From the IMG/VR virus record IMGVR_UViG_3300035701_000011, positions 1 through 64,000 of that record: DNA of 64,000 bases, one strand, 5' to 3'. The stretch is from a virus. Of this stretch, positions 1 to 9,241 are shown one piece after another (position 1 is the stretch's first letter; the number at the start of each line of letters is the position of its first letter). The notes beneath the pieces were generated by a model. The model was given only the letters and a program-made list of their open reading frames with translations, made no database searches and was not told the origin of the DNA. The position numbers and the translations under genes are program-made.

Positions 1-127
1 CCAGTCGGACCTACTACGGTAGAGTCAGCTCCTGTGGGTCCTGTTGCACCTGTTGGTCCAGTCGGACCTACTACGGTAGAGTCAGCTCCTGTGGGTCCTG
101 TTGCACCTGTTGGTCCAGTCGGACCTA
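1..127. repeat. 57-bp perfect tandem repeat (2+ copies) encoding [19 protein letters not shown]
   Basis: 1-57 equals 58-114; partial third copy at 115-127. Confidence 0.95.
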
Positions 128-224
128 TTGCACCATCTGAACCAGAAGAACCAGGACCACCACCATAAACTTTTACATTAATTTTATGATTTTCAGTTTT
201 TATAATTAAATTATCAATTGACAT
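1..224 (-). CDS. Collagen-like repeat protein (tail fibre/virion protein), truncated by window edge
   Basis: ATG at 224 on the minus strand; reads [56 protein letters not shown]..., i.e. Gly-X-Y triplets. Confidence 0.85.
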   Translation of the reverse strand, partial: MSIDNLIIKTENHKINVKVYGGGPGSSGSDGAIGPTGPTGATGPTGADSTVVGPTGPTGATGPTGADSTVVGPT

Positions 225-225
225 T

Positions 226-591
226 TTAAATTTCCCTCAAAGTTACATCTCTTGAAAAATTTATAATACCTTCTAAAATGGTGGTAATATTTCCAGCAGT
301 ATCTTTTATTTGTATATCAAAAAGATACGAACCAATTAAATTAGTATTTGATGGAGTTAAATTTATAACTGCTTCTCCAGTAGTAGGAGAAGTAAAAGTA
401 GTTATAGTATATGAAATTTTAGCAGAAGTATCTACATCATCTAATTTTTCTTTTACTGTAAAAAATAAAGTATAACCAGTTATATCTAAAGGAACAGAAT
501 TCTCATCTGTAAAAAATAAAGTATAAGATTTGCTATCCCCTCTTTTGATTTCTAAACAAACTTGTTCTACACTCATTATTTTTTCTCCCAA
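226..591 (-). CDS. BppU-like baseplate/Ig-like virion protein
   Basis: IKRGDS...[14 protein letters not shown]...G.Y.FDIQ...TILEG pattern typical of BppU N-terminal-like domains; start probably at 576. Confidence 0.7.
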   Translation of the reverse strand: MGEKIMSVEQVCLEIKRGDSKSYTLFFTDENSVPLDITGYTLFFTVKEKLDDVDTSAKISYTITTFTSPTTGEAVINLTPSNTNLIGSYLFDIQIKDTAGNITTILEGIINFSRDVTLREI

Positions 592-599
592 TAAAAATA

Positions 600-1045
600 A
601 AAAAAGCTAACCATTAATCTTAATCATTAACAGTTAGCTTTAGACTTTAAATCGTTTGATTTAAAGTTGGTTGAAATAATTATAAAACGTAGGGTTAGGG
701 TTATATTTTTTAGCCAACCCTACGGAGCTAATTCAATCGGGTAGCCCTCGCATCCGCAATGACTACCCATAATCCTGGCTTATAAAAACCAGGTATGAAA
801 CATAACTTTTTCCGAGGCTTATCGCTAAATAAGCAGTCAGAAAAAGAACAAGTAACATTTTGGTCTTGTTGGTCTCAAAGGAATTTTATGTTTTTCTTTT
901 TAGCGGAAATTAAGTCATTAAGACTTCTTATCGCTAATAATTAGTTTAACATGCCTACAGGGCGGTGTTCTTTGAGTAGACCTTAAATTTATGTAAAAAG
1001 AACAATTATAAAGACTTATGAAAGGTAGCTGTTCGGTTGCCTCTT
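600..1045 (-). ncRNA. Candidate structured RNA / long 5' leader
   Basis: Run of inverted repeats (about 600-641, 643-668, 688-724, 739-768, 774-793); mismatches in three of them become G-U pairs on the minus strand; lies downstream of the minus-strand promoter at 1104-1131. Confidence 0.35.
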
Positions 1046-1103
1046 ATTTTTGTGCGATAATGCACCCATTATGCAACTATCCGTTTTAACCTTCCTACTA
1101 ATA

Positions 1104-1131
1104 AGTATACTCCAAAAGTCGATTTTCACAA
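1104..1131 (-). promoter_or_regulatory. Leftward promoter TTGTGA-N16-TATACT
   Basis: Near-identical element at 2174-2201; -10 flank also matches 21911-21937. Confidence 0.6.
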
Positions 1132-1651
1132 GTAAAATTTTAATTATTTTTAGAAAGAAAGGTTTCATACTTCCAAAGAAAGATATTATACTCGTATTAC
1201 TACGTAATACTCGTATAGTCATCAATTTTAAGGCTTCTGTAAACAGACAGCCTTCCTTTCGCAAATAAAAATCATTTGCTCAAGGGAATCTGCTAATATC
1301 TACCCTAGTTCTTGACCATATTGTTGTCGCTTAAAAATCTTTTCTAACTTAAGGAAAGACAATACCTTACCTCCAATATGGTATAGTATCTTTTGCCAAG
1401 TCTGACTGGGGGTAGGGGGCAACTCGGCACGACGATTTCATAATGTCATCTACTCTGTAAATAGATTCGGAATAGCCTTAAATCGGCTTTTCCTCACTTC
1501 TACCTATTTCTATTGATTATAACCTATTATTATTAAATGACTTATAAATGGTAGATAAAGGTATAATTGATAAGGTAGATAATGGTAGATTGTAATTAAC
1601 TGCTAAAAATTATATTACTTCACTAGTTAAACACAATTCGCTAAGGTAGAT

Positions 1652-2143
1652 TTATAAATTGTTCCACCCAAACTTGTCTGTATTTAAATAACCCTTTGAA
1701 AGTAAAATGGTTACAATATTTTCTGCATCTTGCATTGTATGTAAAATAAAAACTGGAGCATACTTTTCATAGCACTTAATTTGCTCCTTATCTACATCTC
1801 GATTTGCATGGTCTAAATTTCTCTTAACTTCAATAATTAGAATTGGTTGTAAATTTTTATCTAAAATAGCTAAATCACATCTAACGTATCTTCCAACTCC
1901 GTCATTTATACCGTATTCTCCTCGAATAAATTTATCGTCTTTAAAAAAATCTCGTAATTTTGTGTAAGCAACAGCCTGAATTTCAAATTCTTTATAAGAA
2001 TGAGGATTTTCATAAGTATTTGGTTGATATAGACTTAGACGAGCTATTTTTGCTTTATTTCTATCCTTTCTTCTGGGATAAACTATAGACCCAAACCTAT
2101 TATAATAATGTCCGTCTGCTCCTAAAATAAACTCTTCTGGCAT
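1652..2143 (-). CDS. PD-(D/E)XK family nuclease
   Basis: E...RCDLAILD...ILIIEVKR motif; RBS upstream. Confidence 0.7.
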   Translation of the reverse strand: MPEEFILGADGHYYNRFGSIVYPRRKDRNKAKIARLSLYQPNTYENPHSYKEFEIQAVAYTKLRDFFKDDKFIRGEYGINDGVGRYVRCDLAILDKNLQPILIIEVKRNLDHANRDVDKEQIKCYEKYAPVFILHTMQDAENIVTILLSKGYLNTDKFGWNNL

Positions 2144-2173
2144 GATTTCCTCCTTTTTATGGTCCTACTTATA

Positions 2174-2201
2174 AGTATACCCCAATTTTGGTATTTCACA
2201 A
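2174..2201 (-). promoter_or_regulatory. Leftward promoter TTGTGA-N16-TATACT for the nuclease gene
   Basis: Sequence match; about 30 bp upstream of the ATG at 2143. Confidence 0.65.
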
Positions 2202-3001
2202 GTAAAATTTTTAAAAAAACAACAATCTTCCAGCACAAAGGTAGATATTTTTTACAAAAATGGTAATCTACCTATATCAAGGGTAGATGTCTTCTGAATT
2301 GAGATTAACTTATGCTTAAAACGCCCTAAAAAGACTGGTTAATCTCTCCTATATAATAAGGAAGACAAAACCTCCTAAAATAAGGTAAAATGGAATAAGA
2401 TGCCTATATATAGGTAGAAGAAGGTAGATGCTAAAAATGGTTATGTATAGTATATTATACATAAATTACAATATAATAGGTAGATAATGGTAGATTGAAT
2501 AAAAACCTACCCATAAACCCCAGATATGCCTCCCAAAAAGCTAAAATTAACCTTCCGTCTATGGATAAACTTGGTTCCCGTAAATAATAGGTAAATTTAA
2601 TATAAGTAATTGATAATAAAAAAGATAAATATAATAATCTTATTCAGCCCGACACACATTAGTAAATTAGACCATATTGTTGTAGGGATTTTTATTGTAA
2701 CATGAGTGAATAGCGAAGGTTATAGAAAATAATTAAATCGAAAGAAAAGTACAGTCTGAGTATCCCTGAATTTTTTGGGTTTTATTGCTAAATTTAACCC
2801 TACCGTCTATAACCTATTGATGTTATTAGGTTTATAATAATTGTATGCCTTTTGAATTAGATTTAACTTATAAGGAGTTAAACTCATTTGAATTATTACA
2901 TATAAACGCTTTTATTTTTTGCGACTATTTTTTTTATAATCACTCAATTAAAACCCTTTTATTATCTTATAGAGTAGTTTAAATTATTTTTTAAAATGAC
3001 C

Positions 3002-3029
3002 TTGTAATTTGCTTAAAATGTGTTATACT
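3002..3029 (+). promoter_or_regulatory. Early promoter TTGTAA-N16-TATACT with TG extension
   Basis: Precedes RBS AAGGAG and ORF 3061. Confidence 0.7.
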
Positions 3030-3060
3030 TATAATGTAGGATAGATAAGGAGATGTTAAA

Positions 3061-3339
3061 ATGGATAATTACAATAAATTTAAAATTGGTAATAAAGAAA
3101 TTGAGGTTATAAAAAACCCCGATTATAGCGATTATAATTATTTAAATAATTTATTTAAGGATAGATATCCTCATTGTTTAAGGGGCGAACCTAAAACCCG
3201 TATAGCGTATGACAAATTTGGCAATCATTATGTATGGCTTGCCGATACAATGCACGAAGAAATAAAAAACTATTTATTAAATAATTTTAATTTGATTATA
3301 AGTAATTACAATATAATAAAAGAGGGTTATAATGATTAG
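3061..3339 (+). CDS. Hypothetical early protein
   Basis: ORF with promoter and RBS. Confidence 0.7.
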   Translation: MDNYNKFKIGNKEIEVIKNPDYSDYNYLNNLFKDRYPHCLRGEPKTRIAYDKFGNHYVWLADTMHEEIKNYLLNNFNLIISNYNIIKEGYND

Positions 3340-3733
3340 AGTATTTATACCAGAGATTAAAAGGAAATTTGGCAAGAGAGATTTAGCGAGGGGTTTCTGG
3401 CGTAGCGATAGCCATAAGATTTTTTATGATTACATTAAGGTTATAAATTATAATCAGAGTATTAGGGGCATTTATTATAAAGATTTATTTTATAATTATC
3501 TTGATACTATTAAGGCAAGTTATAATCAAGAGGCATTATTTTATGTAAATGAAGCCGGGCAAGGCGTAATTTATTATAGCCGAGATAGACAAGAGGTTTT
3601 AAGTAATAGGATTTATAAAGAGGTTTTAAGGGTTAATTTAAAGGTAGAGATTAAAGAGGCGTTAAAGGTATATGGTGGTGTTACTATATATAAGATAGAT
3701 AACAAGTATTTTAAAGAAGTATTCTATAAATAA
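3332..3733 (+). CDS. Hypothetical early protein
   Basis: Overlapping ORF in operon. Confidence 0.7.
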   Translation: MIRVFIPEIKRKFGKRDLARGFWRSDSHKIFYDYIKVINYNQSIRGIYYKDLFYNYLDTIKASYNQEALFYVNEAGQGVIYYSRDRQEVLSNRIYKEVLRVNLKVEIKEALKVYGGVTIYKIDNKYFKEVFYK

Positions 3734-3745
3734 AGAGATGTTAAA

Positions 3746-3988
3746 ATGGATAACATAAAAGATTTAAGAGAAGCAATTAAAACTATAAGAGATAACAAGG
3801 ATTTTAAGGATATAACCCTAAAGGACAATGTTTATTGTAATTTATTTGGCGATAAACACCCTTTTAAATGTAGAGAAGCAATAAAGGAAGTTATATCTAT
3901 TATAGAGGTAGATATAAATTTATTAAGTTATATCCCGCAAGATATAAGAGAAATAATTAAAGAGGCGGGATATAGTATTTTTAAATAA
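3746..3988 (+). CDS. Hypothetical early protein
   Basis: ORF in tightly packed operon. Confidence 0.65.
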   Translation: MDNIKDLREAIKTIRDNKDFKDITLKDNVYCNLFGDKHPFKCREAIKEVISIIEVDINLLSYIPQDIREIIKEAGYSIFK

Positions 3989-3999
3989 GAGGTAATACA

Positions 4000-4329
4000 A
4001 TGTTAAGAGAGATTAAATATATTATTGTAAAGGATAAAATAACTGGCCGAGCGAGGCGTTATTGTTCGGAGTGGTTACATCATAGCACAATAGCAAGGGA
4101 CAATGGTTACTCCGACAGCGAGGTTATAGAGGCCGGGCTGTTTTTAGATAAGAGATGTTATATTTTAGAGTGTAAAGATTTAAGGCATATTGAAAGACGC
4201 AAGAGCCGATATATAGGTAATTGCTTAAATTTTTATCAAGATATACGCCTTGCGAATTGGTTACGAGGCCGGGAACTTGAAAGCCAAGTATATTATAGGT
4301 TGCCGGGAATTTTAAAAGAGGGCGATTAA
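4000..4329 (+). CDS. Hypothetical early protein
   Basis: RBS GAGG; tightly packed. Confidence 0.7.
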   Translation: MLREIKYIIVKDKITGRARRYCSEWLHHSTIARDNGYSDSEVIEAGLFLDKRCYILECKDLRHIERRKSRYIGNCLNFYQDIRLANWLRGRELESQVYYRLPGILKEGD

Positions 4330-4330
4330 A

Positions 4331-4711
4331 ATGATAAAATTATATCATTATAGCAATAAGGATTTTAAGGGGTATATTAAGCCAAGTTTTTTTGGTTTAA
4401 ATAATTATACATCTGCAAGTAAAGAATTAAGCGGATATAAGCGGATTTATTTTTATGCAGATGATAAAAGTAGAGAGTATTTTTTTAATGGTAGTAAGTT
4501 TTTGTATATTGCAGAGATAAAACAAAATAAAGTATATGATTTAAAAATAGATGTTTTAAATTGTATAGGCAATTTTGACAGCATAAGTGAGTTTATATCT
4601 TATATAAGTAGTAAGGGATTTAAGGGATTTAAAGATTTTAATGGTAAACAAGATGTTATATGCTTATTTAAAGCGATAAAAATAATTGATAAAATAACCT
4701 TGACAAGATGA
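4331..4711 (+). CDS. Possible ADP-ribosyltransferase-like protein, paralog of 5429-5821
   Basis: MIKLYHYS.KDFKGYI.P.FFG.N.Y...R.YFY...REY.F shared by both copies; LYH..YF pattern is ART-like. Confidence 0.45.
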   Translation: MIKLYHYSNKDFKGYIKPSFFGLNNYTSASKELSGYKRIYFYADDKSREYFFNGSKFLYIAEIKQNKVYDLKIDVLNCIGNFDSISEFISYISSKGFKGFKDFNGKQDVICLFKAIKIIDKITLTR

Positions 4712-4728
4712 TTTTTATATGTTATACT
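4700..4728 (+). promoter_or_regulatory. sigma70 promoter TTGACA-N17-TATACT
   Basis: Consensus -35, near-consensus -10 with TG extension. Confidence 0.85.
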
Positions 4729-4781
4729 TTTTATATAAAGGGTTGCAGTTTATCCTTTGAAAACTGCGAGAGTAATAAAAA

Positions 4782-5357
4782 GTGAGGGATAAAATGTTAT
4801 ACAGAGCAAAAAGCGATAAGGATATTGGCGTAAAGGGTTGTAAAGTGGTGGGAATTGGTGATGTTTTTGGTTATGAATTGATACAAAACTTTTTTGTGGA
4901 CAATAGCGGATTTGGTAGTGATGATGAGCCAGCATTGACTTTTAGCAATTTTTTAACAAAGGTTAAGGCAGGTTATTTTTATGGAATTAGAGATGTAGGG
5001 CAGTTTCAAGTTAATATCGGAGAATTTAAAAAAATAGCCAAGCCAAGAGCCGAGATATTAGCCGAACAGGGAATTGTAAGTAGTAAGTTAATAAAAAATA
5101 ATACAAGGTTGACTATATATAAAAATGGCGACAAAGTTTTGAGGTTACATTCTACGGATATAATAAAATGGCAAGGTAACAAGATTATTTTAAATTCTGG
5201 CGGTTGGGATACAATGACTACAAGGGCAAGGTTTAACGAATTTTTACCCGACAGAATATCTATATTTAGAAAAAAAGGGGTTACTTATATTAAAAATTCT
5301 TTAAAATATCCCGACGAAATTACAGAGTTTAGCGACGGAATAGAGATTAACCTTTAA
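4782..5357 (+). CDS. Hypothetical early protein
   Basis: C-terminal LHSTDI...LNSGGWDTMTTRARFN motif common in phage early proteins. Confidence 0.7.
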   Translation: MRDKMLYRAKSDKDIGVKGCKVVGIGDVFGYELIQNFFVDNSGFGSDDEPALTFSNFLTKVKAGYFYGIRDVGQFQVNIGEFKKIAKPRAEILAEQGIVSSKLIKNNTRLTIYKNGDKVLRLHSTDIIKWQGNKIILNSGGWDTMTTRARFNEFLPDRISIFRKKGVTYIKNSLKYPDEITEFSDGIEINL

Positions 5358-5428
5358 TTTTTAAGGCATAGCAAGGGCAAGGTTACATTATTTTAAGGTA
5401 AGGCATACAATATAAGGGGGCGATTAAG

Positions 5429-5821
5429 ATGATTAAATTATATCATTATTCGAGCCAAGATTTTAAGGGGTATATTGAGCCGGGATTTTTTGGGGCTAAT
5501 AGTTACTCTAATAATTCCGCAAGGTTAAGCGGAGTTAAGCGGAGTTACTTTTACCTTGACCGAGCCGGCCGGGAGTATTATTTTGAGGGGGCAAGATATT
5601 GCTATATAGCCGAGATTAAGGAAAGCCGATTATATAATCTTAACATTGACCCTTTAAAACTGGCCGGGCGTAACATAAGGGATATATTCGCTTATATTAA
5701 GCGGTTAGGTTATAAGGGTTTAATCGGCTCTAATGGATATAAGGACGGGGTTATATTCTACCCGATAAAAATAAAACAGCGTAAGACCTTGACAGAGGCC
5801 GGGCGATATGCTATACTATAA
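5429..5821 (+). CDS. Possible ART-like protein, paralog of 4331-4711
   Basis: Clear sequence similarity to ORF 4331. Confidence 0.45.
   Translation: MIKLYHYSSQDFKGYIEPGFFGANSYSNNSARLSGVKRSYFYLDRAGREYYFEGARYCYIAEIKESRLYNLNIDPLKLAGRNIRDIFAYIKRLGYKGLIGSNGYKDGVIFYPIKIKQRKTLTEAGRYAIL
5789..5817 (+). promoter_or_regulatory. sigma70 promoter TTGACA-N17-TATACT
   Basis: Consensus -35, near-consensus -10. Confidence 0.85.
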
Positions 5822-6077
5822 TCAAAAGGGGGTTACAATGATAAATTTTAAGCAATATATCGGAAAGCGGTTTATAGTAAAGGGATTTAATGAGCCGAGA
5901 GAATTAGAAATTGTAGAGGGTTATTTTTTAGGCAATAATAAGCGATACCCGACTTTTAAGTGTAAAGTTATAACCGATACAAAGTATTTTAAGGTGGGCG
6001 ATAGAGAAAATTTTTTGTATAGGGATATAATTAAGGCCGGGCAGTTAGTAAAAGAAATTAAAGTTTTATCAGCGTAA
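5808..6077 (+). CDS. Hypothetical protein (start likely 5838)
   Basis: G-rich RBS before the second ATG. Confidence 0.6.
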   Translation: MLYYNQKGVTMINFKQYIGKRFIVKGFNEPRELEIVEGYFLGNNKRYPTFKCKVITDTKYFKVGDRENFLYRDIIKAGQLVKEIKVLSA

Positions 6078-6087
6078 GGGGGGTAAA

Positions 6088-6270
6088 ATGTTAGACAGAT
6101 ATAGACAGAATTTAAAAGTTGAGGGTAGCAAAGTATATTCTTATAATACTTTAGTAGCCGAGATTAACAGCGAGGCCGGGGAATTGCGTCAATTAGGTTG
6201 GTGGAGTGTAACTACTCAAAAACATATAAATTATGTAAGCCGGGAATTAGGTTTAAAAATAGTTAAATAA
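6088..6270 (+). CDS. Small phage early protein
   Basis: YSYNTLVA...WSVTTQKHIN motif recurrent in phage early regions. Confidence 0.7.
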   Translation: MLDRYRQNLKVEGSKVYSYNTLVAEINSEAGELRQLGWWSVTTQKHINYVSRELGLKIVK

Positions 6271-6286
6271 AAAAAGGGGGTGTAAG

Positions 6287-6592
6287 ATGAAAACATATAT
6301 TGCAAGAGGTTTTGTTTTAGGTAAAAATTGGGGCGGTGGTTTTGGGGCTTATGAAAGCCGAGAAATTAGGGCAAAAAGTAAAGCCGAGTTATTAAAACTG
6401 GCCGAGCAAGATTTAAAAAGTGGGGCGTTAGATAGCGGTATGGGTTTTGAATTTTTAAAGGGGGCAAGGTTGGATATAAAAGAAGTTGACCGGGTTATTG
6501 TAAAGGGTAAAGAATACGAAAGAGCCGAGTATATAACAGAATTTATCGGAAATTTGACAGAAAAAGAGCAAGATTTTTTGTTAGAATTATAA
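6287..6592 (+). CDS. Hypothetical early protein
   Basis: G-rich RBS, packed operon. Confidence 0.7.
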   Translation: MKTYIARGFVLGKNWGGGFGAYESREIRAKSKAELLKLAEQDLKSGALDSGMGFEFLKGARLDIKEVDRVIVKGKEYERAEYITEFIGNLTEKEQDFLLEL

Positions 6593-6742
6593 AAAAGGGG
6601 GGTTAAAAATGAGAAAACCTTTTTATAAAATATCTATAATAGGATATTATAAATTATTAAGATATTATGTTATCGGTATTTTAGCCGATATTAGATTATT
6701 TATATTTAAAAAATGGTATAAAATATAACAAAGGGGGTTGTT

Positions 6743-6931
6743 ATGGGAAATCTTTTTGAATTGGCAGAATTGCAGTTAATAAAAGAGGGGAAAGAGCCGA
6801 CAGAGGCGTTAATTTTAAGCCGGGCGGTTGCTATTAGGCGGTGGTTAGATAAACATAGAGGCATAGCGGACAAGATACTGGCCGGGCGTAAGGTTTATCA
6901 ATATGGGAATAGGTTTGTATGTAGTAAATAA
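6743..6931 (+). CDS. Hypothetical protein, paralog of 13814-14050
   Basis: G.LFELAE..L..E...A..IR.WLD shared. Confidence 0.7.
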   Translation: MGNLFELAELQLIKEGKEPTEALILSRAVAIRRWLDKHRGIADKILAGRKVYQYGNRFVCSK

Positions 6932-6943
6932 AGGGGGTGGATA

Positions 6944-7162
6944 ATGATTAAAGATTTTAGACCAGAAAAAGATTTATTTAATCAAGGTTATAAAGTAACT
7001 ATTTATAAAACTAAAAAAGAAATTACAGAAATTAGTTTTATAAAGAAAACTAAAACAAAAACTTTAGGCGTAAGTTATGGTTGTGATAGTTTTAAGCAAA
7101 AAGATTTAAGAGATGTTTTTAATTTTATAAAAAATAACGGATATAAATATAGTATCAATTAA
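6944..7162 (+). CDS. Hypothetical protein
   Basis: RBS and ORF. Confidence 0.6.
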   Translation: MIKDFRPEKDLFNQGYKVTIYKTKKEITEISFIKKTKTKTLGVSYGCDSFKQKDLRDVFNFIKNNGYKYSIN

Positions 7163-7179
7163 AAAAAGGGGGGTAAAAA

Positions 7180-7389
7180 ATGGCAAAAAAATTTGATTTA
7201 GTAGGGGCAATTATGAGTTATGAGGCCGGGGAGTTAAGAGGGCAAGAGGTTTTAAGGTTATTTAGCGAGTTAATAAAAAGCGGTAAGGCGTGGAGTTTGC
7301 AAGGGAGTTATGGGCGTATGGCCGGGCGGTTGATAGACGAGGGCTATTTATCAGCAAAAGGCGAGATATTAAAAGAGGTTGAGAAATAA
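7180..7389 (+). CDS. Conserved phage early protein
   Basis: IMSYEAGEL...LF..LI.SG.AWSLQGSYGR.A..LI motif. Confidence 0.75.
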   Translation: MAKKFDLVGAIMSYEAGELRGQEVLRLFSELIKSGKAWSLQGSYGRMAGRLIDEGYLSAKGEILKEVEK

Positions 7390-7695
7390 ACTGACCGGGC
7401 GAGTGTAAGGCGAGGCGATAGCGAGGCAACGTGTATATTATAAGGGGGTAATTTAAAATGAGATATTATATAGTTTATTTTACTACCATAACAAGTTTAT
7501 TAGTTTTTGATACTTTTAAAAATGTATTTGAAAAATTTGGCAGTAAAGTATTATATATAAAAGAGGTATAAGATAGAAATTTATTTTATCAAAAAGACCC
7601 GAGAAAATTTTAAAGAAATTAAAGAGTTATATAAAGACCTTAAAAAGAGCCGAAAGGATTTACATAAGTTATTGTAAGACAAGGAGTTATGATAA

Positions 7696-8133
7696 ATGAG
7701 GCAGTATAGATTTGGGGAGTGCATAGCCGAAAGTGTAAAGGTATATAATCGATTAAAAAGGCAACGCAAAAACCCTAAATTAGTTGAGGGGTGGGTAGAG
7801 GTTAGCGACTGGCCGGGTAATTTATTACCTTGCAGAGAATTTTTAGAATTATATTATCCCGATATGATTAAAAAATTAGATAAAGATATTTTATTTGATG
7901 ATTATATTAGAGTTTTACCGCATACTTGGGTTATTTGCGACGGAAAAATTATTGATAAGACCCGAAATCAGTTTGATATTTATGGCGGTATATTAGTTTA
8001 TTACGAAAAAATGAAATATAGACCGAAAGGAAAAGCAAAAGCATATAATATAGAAAATTGGTTTGATGAAAGAGATTATATTATAACAAGGGATAAATTT
8101 ATACATTATCCCGACGAGATAAAAGCAAAATAA
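7696..8133 (+). CDS. Possible transglutaminase/papain-like (Cys-His-Asp) protein
   Basis: GEC near the N-terminus, LVEGW, HTWV..DG.IID.T..QF. Confidence 0.45.
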   Translation: MRQYRFGECIAESVKVYNRLKRQRKNPKLVEGWVEVSDWPGNLLPCREFLELYYPDMIKKLDKDILFDDYIRVLPHTWVICDGKIIDKTRNQFDIYGGILVYYEKMKYRPKGKAKAYNIENWFDERDYIITRDKFIHYPDEIKAK

Positions 8134-8233
8134 AAAAATTTAATTTTACATACCCAGAAAATAATTAAAAAATTATTTTTGAAAAAAGTTGTAAGTTGTT
8201 GTAAGACATAAAGATAAAAGTTTTACGATACCC

Positions 8234-8262
8234 TTGACAAGACCCGATTTTTATGTTATACT
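8234..8262 (+). promoter_or_regulatory. sigma70 promoter TTGACA-N17-TATACT
   Basis: Consensus -35, near-consensus -10. Confidence 0.85.
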
Positions 8263-8289
8263 TAATTAGAAACTAAAAGAGAGGATATA

Positions 8290-8685
8290 ATGAGAGCCGA
8301 TAAAATAATAGAGGCAAGACCGATAGCCGAGCAGTTAAGAGATTTAATTTGTAATAAGTATAATCTTAATCCGATAAAAATTAGGGTTAAAGATATTAGA
8401 CAGGGATTTGCTTATTACGATAACCGAGCGATTAGCATACCGATTTGGGCTTATTTAGAGGGATTAGATTATTTTAGGGCTTATGTTTTACACGAATTAG
8501 GGCATTTTATAAATTATGATACTACGGAAACATACGGACATAACAAGAATTTTAAGAGAATAGAAAAAGAATTATTGGCCGGGTTTGGATTAGTGCCTAT
8601 ATATAAGAGAGTTTATATTAAGGCATTAAAAAATGATAAAGGTGATTTAGTATGGTTAAAAAGAGGATATGAAAATGAAATTTAA
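8290..8685 (+). CDS. SprT-like zinc metalloprotease
   Basis: YVLHELGH followed by GHNKNFK. Confidence 0.7.
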   Translation: MRADKIIEARPIAEQLRDLICNKYNLNPIKIRVKDIRQGFAYYDNRAISIPIWAYLEGLDYFRAYVLHELGHFINYDTTETYGHNKNFKRIEKELLAGFGLVPIYKRVYIKALKNDKGDLVWLKRGYENEI

Positions 8686-8899
8686 GCAAGAGATAAAAGA
8701 GATTAACGGAATAAGAAAAGCAATTTGTCCGATTTGTAAAGAGATTATTGATTATCCTTTTGGAGTTTATTTTAGAAATGGCGTAGAAGTGCATACAAAA
8801 TGTATTACCATAGCAAGATTAAGACGAGACCAGATAAACGGAATAGATAGGTAAGGACTTCCGGGAAAGCAAAAGGATATGTTATACTTATAAAGAGAG

Positions 8900-9193
8900 G
8901 TGAAAATGGACAATACCGAAATTAGAAAAGAAATTAAACGACTTAAAAGATTAAAAAAAGATTTGAGGCCGGGAAGTAAAGAACGAATAGAGATTTTTAG
9001 GAAAATTAAAGACCTTAAAAAGCAAAGAGCCGAAATTACCGCAGTAGAGCCGGGCAAAGAGGAATTGATAACCGAAATTTTAAGTATATATGATAAGCAA
9101 AACATTAAGCCGAGATTTGAGGATATAGGGATAGATTTACATATTTATACCATAAAACAATTAGAACTTCATTTAAAAAAGATAAGACCTTGA
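8900..9193 (+). CDS. Hypothetical protein
   Basis: Extended -10 (TGTTATACT 8880-8888) and RBS upstream. Confidence 0.6.
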   Translation: MKMDNTEIRKEIKRLKRLKKDLRPGSKERIEIFRKIKDLKKQRAEITAVEPGKEELITEILSIYDKQNIKPRFEDIGIDLHIYTIKQLELHLKKIRP

Positions 9194-9218
9194 CAGATAA
9201 AAAAGTATATGTTATACT
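9190..9218 (+). promoter_or_regulatory. sigma70 promoter TTGACA-N17-TATACT
   Basis: Upstream of the 552-aa gene. Confidence 0.85.
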
Positions 9219-9241
9219 TTAATTAAAAGGAGTTAGATTAA

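Noticed and set aside
1-127. 57-bp repeats as a CRISPR array
   Set aside because: Contiguous repeats with no spacers; they encode collagen triplets
1016-1268. Overlapping ORFs 1016-1264 (-) and 1050-1268 (+)
   Set aside because: No RBS or motifs; they overlap a promoter-like element; likely spurious
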